Below are positions 57,676 through 64,000 of a stretch of 64,000 nucleotides of DNA, in pieces. Position numbers and translations under genes: made by a program. The notes under the pieces are model-generated. The model searched no databases. It had not been told where the DNA came from and saw only the letters and a list, made by a program, of their open reading frames with translations. Numbering within the stretch: position 1 is the stretch's first letter; each line of letters opens with the position of its first letter. The stretch is from Escherichia coli (GTDB lineage Bacteria > Pseudomonadota > Gammaproteobacteria > Enterobacterales > Enterobacteriaceae). The stretch lies in the NCBI RefSeq assembly GCF_003790525.1, contig NZ_CP033635.1; one strand, given 5' to 3'.

Positions 57676-58866
57676 TTATTTCACGCGTTCTTGCGCTTCT
57701 TTCAGCAGTTGCTCGAGCAGTGCACCTGGTTTGGCGTATTTACGGGACAGGATCATCGCGGCGATGATATAAGGCTTCCAGCTGGCTTCTTTGTAGGTAG
57801 CGATACGGTATTTTTCGAATACGCCTTCAGTCACTTCACCTTCTTTACAGGATACACCGCTGATATCAGCTGGCAGGCAGTGCATGTACAGGGCTTCGCC
57901 ATCACGGGTCAGTTCCATCATCTCTTCAGTACAATGCCAGTCTTTGTGTTGCGCGTTCTGTGCCAGACACTGTTTTTCCAGTGCTTTTAAGCCTTCGTGA
58001 TCGTTCGCACGCAGCAATTCAGTACGCTCTTCCATCACTTTGTAAGGTGCCCATGACTTCGGATAAACGATGTCTGCGTCTTTGAAGGCTTCTTCCATGC
58101 TGGTGACCTGACGGAAGCTACCGCCGGAGGCTTTAGCATTGTTTTTAGCGACTTCAACGACATCCGGGATCAGGTCGTAGCCTTCCGGATGGGCCAGGGT
58201 GACATCCATACCGAAGCGAGTCATCAGACCGATGATGCCTTGTGGTACAGAGAGCGGTTTGCCATAGCTTGGGGAGTAGGCCCAGGTCATGGCGATTTTT
58301 TTACCTTTCAGGTTTTCCAGTGAACCAAAGTGTTCACGTAACCATGCCAGGTCAGCCATTGACTGAGTCGGGTGGTCAATATCGCATTGCAGGTTCACTA
58401 AAGCCGGACGTTGCGGCAGCACACCCTGCTTGTAACCGTCATCAAGTGCAGCGCCAACTTCACGCATATAGGCGTTGCCTGCGCCCAGATACATATCGTC
58501 GCGAATACCAATAGCGTCGGCGCAGAAGGAGATCATATTGGCGGTTTCACGCACGGTTTCGCCGTGAGCGATTTGTGATTTGCCTTCGTCGAGATCTTGC
58601 TGTGCAAGGCCGAGCAGGTTAAGCGCGGAAGCATAAGAGAAGCGGGTACGGGTGGAGTTGTCGCGGAATACGGAAATACCTAATCCACTATTAAAGACTT
58701 TGGTTGAGATGTTTTCAGCACGCAGTGCTTTTAATGCTGCGGCAACGTCCAGTACTTGTTTCAGTTCATCTGGCGTCTGTTCCCACGTTAACAAAAAATC
58801 TTTCTCGTGAAGGTGAGAGGTCAGCGAATTGATATCCTTAATCAGCTCATTAACAGTTTTCATCAT
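57676..58866 (-). CDS. ygeW: Carbamoyltransferase YgeW (aspartate/ornithine carbamoyltransferase fold; reported as oxamate carbamoyltransferase)
   Basis: 396-aa ORF MMKTVNELIKDINSLTSHLHEKDFLLTWEQ. Confidence 0.88.
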   Translation of the reverse strand: MMKTVNELIKDINSLTSHLHEKDFLLTWEQTPDELKQVLDVAAALKALRAENISTKVFNSGLGISVFRDNSTRTRFSYASALNLLGLAQQDLDEGKSQIAHGETVRETANMISFCADAIGIRDDMYLGAGNAYMREVGAALDDGYKQGVLPQRPALVNLQCDIDHPTQSMADLAWLREHFGSLENLKGKKIAMTWAYSPSYGKPLSVPQGIIGLMTRFGMDVTLAHPEGYDLIPDVVEVAKNNAKASGGSFRQVTSMEEAFKDADIVYPKSWAPYKVMEERTELLRANDHEGLKALEKQCLAQNAQHKDWHCTEEMMELTRDGEALYMHCLPADISGVSCKEGEVTEGVFEKYRIATYKEASWKPYIIAAMILSRKYAKPGALLEQLLKEAQERVK

Positions 58867-58957
58867 AAAGTCCCGGTAGTGGAATGACAGGCAAAGTGGT
58901 TTATTTCACTGTGACTTGCCAAAGTGATTGGTGTTTTCACAGCTATACCTAGGACTA

Positions 58958-58972
58958 ACAATAAGTGTGCCA
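58958..58972 (-). promoter_or_regulatory. Candidate sigma-54 (-24/-12) promoter for ygeW
   Basis: Minus strand reads TGGCAC-ACTTA-TTGT about 95 nt upstream of the ygeW ATG; -24 element is perfect, -12 has GT instead of GC. The adjacent divergent gene ygeV encodes a sigma-54 activator. Confidence 0.3.
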
Positions 58973-59341
58973 GAATTATCCACGCGGCTGCGAAAGGCTA
59001 ATTTGACGGATAATGTGTGGGGTTGATCACAAATTGATGCCAGCTTCCGGTTGTTTGTAAAATACGAAAACGTTTGGCTTTTTTTATCGCGTTATTTATT
59101 TGCTGCTAAGTATCAGAAATAAGATAAAGGGACAGGCGATCTCTCTTCAGTTTGATAAACTCACCGCCGTAATTCTCATATTGATATAGAAATGTGATAT
59201 CTCTTCCATAATTTCATTAGAAAGTGATAAAAATCTTATGTTTTTATCAAAGCCAATTTCGCCTGAGTTAATATCATCATGATCTATGAACCATCAACGT
59301 CTTCAATGATCGACTTTTAAGTAAGTCTGGAAGGTAAAGCT

Positions 59342-61120
59342 ATGGAGCTTGCTACTACGCAGTCAGTATTGATGCAAATTCAACCGACAATTCAGCGTTT
59401 TGCCAGAATGCTTGCCAGCGTTTTGCAGCTTGAGGTTGAGATCGTTGATGAAAACTTGTGTCGCGTCGCCGGAACGGGCGCGTATGGGAAGTTTCTTGGT
59501 CGCCAGTTGAGCGGCAACTCACGCCTGCTCCGCCACGTCCTGGAAACGAAAACTGAAAAAGTTGTGACACAGTCTCGCTTCGATCCCCTTTGTGAAGGTT
59601 GCGATAGTAAAGAAAATTGCCGCGAAAAAGCATTTCTGGGTACGCCTGTCATTTTACAGGATCGTTGTGTTGGAGTGATAAGTTTGATTGCCGTTACCCA
59701 CGAGCAACAAGAGCATATTAGTGATAATTTACGCGAATTTTCTGATTACGTTCGCCATATATCCACCATTTTTGTTTCTAAACTTCTGGAGGATCAGGGA
59801 CCAGGAGATAACATCAGTAAAATATTCGCGACCATGATCGATAATATGGATCAGGGCGTGTTAGTGGTTGATGCTGATAATCGTGTTCAATTTGTTAATC
59901 AGACAGCTTTAAAAACACTCGGTGTTGTACAAAATAATATTATTGGAAAACCAGTTCGTTTCAGACCATTAACATTTGAGAGTAATTTTACCCATGGTCA
60001 TATGCAACATATTGTTTCGTGGGATGATAAAAGTGAATTAATCATTGGTCAGTTGCATAACATCCAGGGCCGACAACTATTTTTAATGGCGTTTCACCAA
60101 TCGCATACCAGTTTTTCTGTAGCAAATGCACCTGATGAACCGCATATTGAACAATTGGTTGGCGAGTGCCGTGTTATGCGGCAATTAAAACGACTCATTA
60201 GCCGTATTGCACCCAGCCCATCCAGCGTTATGGTGGTTGGTGAAAGCGGCACAGGTAAAGAAGTCGTCGCCCGTGCAATCCATAAGTTGAGCGGAAGACG
60301 GAATAAACCCTTTATTGCTATCAACTGTGCCGCGATTCCGGAACAGCTTCTGGAGAGCGAACTGTTCGGTTATGTTAAAGGCGCATTTACTGGCGCTTCT
60401 GCCAACGGTAAAACAGGGTTGATTCAGGCGGCGAATACGGGCACGCTGTTTCTCGATGAAATTGGTGATATGCCATTAATGTTGCAGGCTAAATTACTGC
60501 GCGCTATTGAGGCGCGTGAAATTCTGCCGATTGGTGCCAGTAGCCCAATACAAGTCGACATCCGCATCATTTCTGCAACTAATCAGAATTTGGCCCAGTT
60601 CATTGCTGAAGGTAAATTCCGCGAAGATCTCTTCTACCGACTTAATGTTATCCCGATAACTCTGCCACCGCTGCGTGAACGTCAGGAAGATATTGAATTA
60701 CTGGTGCATTACTTTTTACATCTGCATACCCGTCGTCTGGGATCGGTTTATCCTGGCATTGCTCCTGATGTCGTCGAAATATTGCGTAAGCATCGTTGGC
60801 CCGGAAACCTGCGCGAGTTAAGCAATTTGATGGAATATCTGGTTAACGTGGTTCCTTCAGGTGAAGTTATCGACAGCACGCTATTGCCACCAAATCTGCT
60901 GAATAATGGCACAACGGAGCAAAGTGATGTAACAGAGGTCAGTGAGGCGCACCTGTCACTTGATGATGCGGGCGGCACGGCGCTGGAGGAGATGGAAAAG
61001 CAAATGATCCGCGAGGCGCTTTCACGTCATAACAGCAAGAAGGAAGTTGCTGATGAACTGGGCATCGGCATTGCTACGCTCTATCGCAAGATTAAGAAAT
61101 ATGAGTTGTTAAACACATAA
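59342..61120 (+). CDS. ygeV: Sigma-54-dependent transcriptional activator (sensory domain, AAA+ domain, Fis-type HTH)
   Basis: 592-aa ORF with Walker A GESGTGKE, GAFTGA sigma-54 contact motif and C-terminal HTH. Confidence 0.9.
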   Translation: MELATTQSVLMQIQPTIQRFARMLASVLQLEVEIVDENLCRVAGTGAYGKFLGRQLSGNSRLLRHVLETKTEKVVTQSRFDPLCEGCDSKENCREKAFLGTPVILQDRCVGVISLIAVTHEQQEHISDNLREFSDYVRHISTIFVSKLLEDQGPGDNISKIFATMIDNMDQGVLVVDADNRVQFVNQTALKTLGVVQNNIIGKPVRFRPLTFESNFTHGHMQHIVSWDDKSELIIGQLHNIQGRQLFLMAFHQSHTSFSVANAPDEPHIEQLVGECRVMRQLKRLISRIAPSPSSVMVVGESGTGKEVVARAIHKLSGRRNKPFIAINCAAIPEQLLESELFGYVKGAFTGASANGKTGLIQAANTGTLFLDEIGDMPLMLQAKLLRAIEAREILPIGASSPIQVDIRIISATNQNLAQFIAEGKFREDLFYRLNVIPITLPPLRERQEDIELLVHYFLHLHTRRLGSVYPGIAPDVVEILRKHRWPGNLRELSNLMEYLVNVVPSGEVIDSTLLPPNLLNNGTTEQSDVTEVSEAHLSLDDAGGTALEEMEKQMIREALSRHNSKKEVADELGIGIATLYRKIKKYELLNT

Positions 61121-61129
61121 CCTCAGTGA

Positions 61130-61153
61130 ATCCGGCCTGAATTCAGGCCGGAT
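61130..61153. terminator. Bidirectional terminator hairpin between convergent ygeV and xdhC
   Basis: atccggcctga-at-tcaggccggat palindrome followed by cctttt. Confidence 0.55.
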
Positions 61154-61159
61154 ATCCTT

Positions 61160-61639
61160 TTACTTCGTTTTCTCGCAATCCAGAACTGTATTTACAATCA
61201 TCTGATACCCCGTGCAGCGACAAAGATTTCCCGCCAGTCCGCGACGAATTTCCGTAATGGTTAATGGCTTCTCGCGTGGTTTCGCCAGCATTGCCGTGGT
61301 AGCCATAATCAGGCCAGGCGTACAAAACCCGCACTGCACTGCGCCGGATTTCGCATAAGCCTGCTGAACATGAGAAAGTTTTCCGCCTTTCGCTTCACCT
61401 TCCAGCGTGCGGATCTCTTTTCCTTCAGCCCAGGCGGCAAGGTATAAGCAACTGTCTATTGCTGTGCCGTCGACCAGCACCGTACAGGCACCACATTCAC
61501 CCACGCAGCACCCTTGTTTGACACTTAGCAGTCCTTGTTCGCGGAGTAATTCCGAGAGCGGCGTGCCTGGTGCGGCGTGAAGCTGAAAAGGCATCCCGTT
61601 AATGGTGCATTCGATGGTAATTGTTTCGCTGTGATTCAT
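61160..61639 (-). CDS. xdhC: Xanthine dehydrogenase 2Fe-2S iron-sulfur subunit
   Basis: 159-aa ORF with ferredoxin Cys motifs [11 protein letters not shown] and CGFCTPG. Confidence 0.88.
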
Positions 61640-62514
61640 TGCAATTTTCCCCCCGCCGCGGCGACGGCTTCGCTAATCACTTTTTTGGTCATCGTCTGGA
61701 TGAGATACAGACGAAACTCTTTACTGGCCCGCCATGAAGAACGCGGGGCGACATCTTGCAGGACAGATTCGCTGATAGCTTCCAGCGTTTGCAGGTTTAA
61801 TGGCGCATTTTGTGCAGTCTGTTCGGCATGTTGGCAGCGAATCGGCGTTGGCGCGGCAACACCAAATGCCAGGCGTAATTCGCTGAAATTGCCGTTATCC
61901 AGTCGGCAATGTGCGGCACAGCCAATCGTTGAAATATCCATTGCGTCGCGCATGGCATATTTAAAATGCGCGCTGCCCGCGTGTTCTTTCGGCTGGGGCG
62001 GAAAATGAAAGGCGACAAGGATTTCGTCATGCTCAAGAGACACTTTGCCCGGCCCAGTGTGAAAGCCATTAATCGGGACGAAACGAACACCGCGTGGGGA
62101 GTGGATCTCCAGCTTTGCGTCATAAATTAGCGTTGGCGTGGCAGAATCTGCGCTGGTGGCACCGTTGCAAATATTTCCACCGTAGGTAGCGACGTTACGG
62201 ATCTGCGGTCCGGCAATGGATGAGGCCGCAGCACATAACGCCGGGAGATGACGTTGAGTTACAGGATCTTCAATGAGCTGGGTAAATGTCGTTGCAGAGC
62301 CGATACGTAGTGAGCCATCTTCCGCCAGCGTAATTCCCCGCAGCTCCGCCAGATTATGAATATCAACAATATGGCGATAACGGTCATTGTGATGGTGGAG
62401 CTGAATCAGTACGTCAGTGCCACCGGCGAGCAGTTTGGCCTGCGGGTTGTCAGCCAGCAGGTTGATGGCATCGGCAAGGGTTGCTGCGCGATGGTAAGAA
62501 GCAAAATCAAACAT
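61636..62514 (-). CDS. xdhB: Xanthine dehydrogenase FAD-binding subunit
   Basis: 292-aa [37 protein letters not shown]; 4-nt overlap with xdhC. Confidence 0.88.
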
Positions 62515-62524
62515 GATGTTATCC

Positions 62525-64000
62525 TCAAATCAATCCTGCCAGATGGAACTCTTCATATAACCGTTTTGGCGTCAGCGGCAGTGTATTGATTGCAACACCG
62601 GTAGCCATCTTCACCGCGTTACGAATAGCAGCGGCAACAGGAATTATTGGTGGCTCACCCAGTGACTTATGTCCGTATGCGGATTGCGGCTCATTGATTT
62701 CGACGAACGCGCTTTCCAGTTGTGGCAGATCCGGCATGGTCGGCATTTTGTAATCCAGCAGATTGGGGTTACGGACCACGCCGCTTTTCGCATCGATGAT
62801 CATCTCTTCAAATAGCGCCCAGCCAATGCCCATTCCCATTCCGCCGTGTACCTGACCTTCTGCCAGCAGCGGATTTAGAATATGCCCCGAATCATGAACG
62901 TTGAGGATGCGGTTGATGGTGACTTTACACAGCGCAATATCGACCGTCAGATCAACAAAGGTACAGCCAAACGCCGGTGGGTTAGTGGTGGTTTTGATGG
63001 AGCTTTCAGCAGAGAGCTGCCCACCGCGTTCAGGGTGGTAGAAAGCGTCCATCGCCAAATCTTTTAACGACATTAACGGCCCTTCCGGTCGTTCAACCAG
63101 CACGATATGGCCTTTTATCAGGGTCAGATTCATCGCTGACTGATGTAGCATGACTGCGGCGTGAGCGATGATTTTCTCTTTTAATAACAGTGCCGCACTG
63201 CGCAGCGCAGGCGCGGCAACATAGCTCTGGCGTGAGGCAAATGCGCCGGGATCGAACGGCGTAACATCGGTATCTTGTGTTGAAATAACGCGAACGTCGC
63301 TGACCGGAACCCCCACGGTTTCTGCCACCATTTGCGAGAAGACGGTGTCGGCACCCTGACCGATTTCCGTCGCGCCGCTTTGCACGTTGATGGTTCCATC
63401 CTGATTCATCAACAGGCGCGCGCCTGCTATTTCTACGCCGACAGGCCAGGTGTTCGAGGTGTAGCTAAAACAGGCGACGCCAACGCCGCGGCGTAAATTG
63501 CCTTTCTGGTTCTGGCACTCTGCACGGCGTTTTTCCCATTCAAAGATTTTCCGGCCTTTTTCAAGACACTCCGGCAACCCTGCGCTGTAAATACGTTTGC
63601 CCGTGAGCGGATTAGCATCTCCTTCGCGGGCGGCGTTGCGTAAACGAATTTCAACAGGATCAATACCTAACGCTGTCGCGGCGTCATCAAGCATAGACTC
63701 AACGGCAAATACGACTTGTGGCGCGCCATAACCACGCATCGCACCAGCCGAGGGGAGGTTGGTATAGCAGGTCTTTGAACTGTAAGCGTAGGCACAACGA
63801 GGATAAAGGTAAGCGACTTTATTCCCCCCTGCAGAAGCGATGGAGTGCCCGTGAGATGCATAAGCGCCGGTGTTAGACAGAACATCCAGACTATAACCTT
63901 TCAATGTTCCGTCGCGGTTCACGCCCATTTGCCCGTCAATAGTAAAAGCGTGGCGGGTACGGGTTGCGAGGAAACACTCTTCACGGCTAAGGGAAACTTT
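62525..64000 (-). CDS. xdhA: Xanthine dehydrogenase molybdopterin-binding subunit, C-terminal part (5' end outside window)
   Basis: Frame stays open to the window edge; the 467-aa ORF in the track is only the portion after an internal Met. Confidence 0.88.
   Translation of the reverse strand, partial: KVSLSREECFLATRTRHAFTIDGQMGVNRDGTLKGYSLDVLSNTGAYASHGHSIASAGGNKVAYLYPRCAYAYSSKTCYTNLPSAGAMRGYGAPQVVFAVESMLDDAATALGIDPVEIRLRNAAREGDANPLTGKRIYSAGLPECLEKGRKIFEWEKRRAECQNQKGNLRRGVGVACFSYTSNTWPVGVEIAGARLLMNQDGTINVQSGATEIGQGADTVFSQMVAETVGVPVSDVRVISTQDTDVTPFDPGAFASRQSYVAAPALRSAALLLKEKIIAHAAVMLHQSAMNLTLIKGHIVLVERPEGPLMSLKDLAMDAFYHPERGGQLSAESSIKTTTNPPAFGCTFVDLTVDIALCKVTINRILNVHDSGHILNPLLAEGQVHGGMGMGIGWALFEEMIIDAKSGVVRNPNLLDYKMPTMPDLPQLESAFVEINEPQSAYGHKSLGEPPIIPVAAAIRNAVKMATGVAINTLPLTPKRLYEEFHLAGLI

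Noticed and set aside
41121-64000. Selenocysteine (in-frame UGA plus SECIS) in the molybdenum hydroxylase genes
   Set aside because: All ORFs in the cluster are uninterrupted by in-frame TGA; any selenium dependence would be through a labile cofactor, not selenocysteine.

Overview
The window reads as enterobacterial (Escherichia coli-like) core chromosome, collinear with the K-12 ygfI/scpC-to-xdhA segment (about 65 min) in reversed orientation. All calls are from reading the six-frame translations and the raw sequence against remembered protein families and K-12 gene order; no database search was run. In window order: the cryptic sbm operon (scpA-argK-scpB-scpC), argP, rpiA, serA, the ibsC/sibC type I toxin-antitoxin locus, fau, 6S RNA (ssrS), zapA, ygfB-pepP-ubiH-ubiI, gcvTHP, bglA, yqfB, yqfA, ygfZ, sdhE/ygfX, fldB, xerD-dsbC-recJ, prfB (programmed +1 frameshift)-lysS, idi, and then a roughly 31 kb block of purine transport and catabolism genes ending in a partial xdhA. 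I found no rRNA or tRNA genes, CRISPR array, IS element or prophage, and no intergenic gap large enough to hide an unannotated multi-gene insertion. The best candidate for an incompletely described system is the ygeV-associated cluster (ygeW-ygeX-ygeY-hyuA-yqeA, yqeB-yqeC-mocA, ygfK-ssnA-ygfM-xdhD), which has the gene signature of a selenium-dependent molybdenum hydroxylase and anaerobic purine/urate degradation pathway; it is partly characterised in the literature rather than truly novel. Other points worth a second look are a 41-codon membrane-peptide ORF just downstream of uacT, a candidate sigma-54 promoter upstream of ygeW, an intra-operon terminator between ygeY and hyuA, and the apparent absence of ygfF between gcvP and bglA. 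Several six-frame ORFs are longer than the real genes because of in-frame upstream starts; I trimmed these to the start matching the remembered protein N-terminus and a Shine-Dalgarno.
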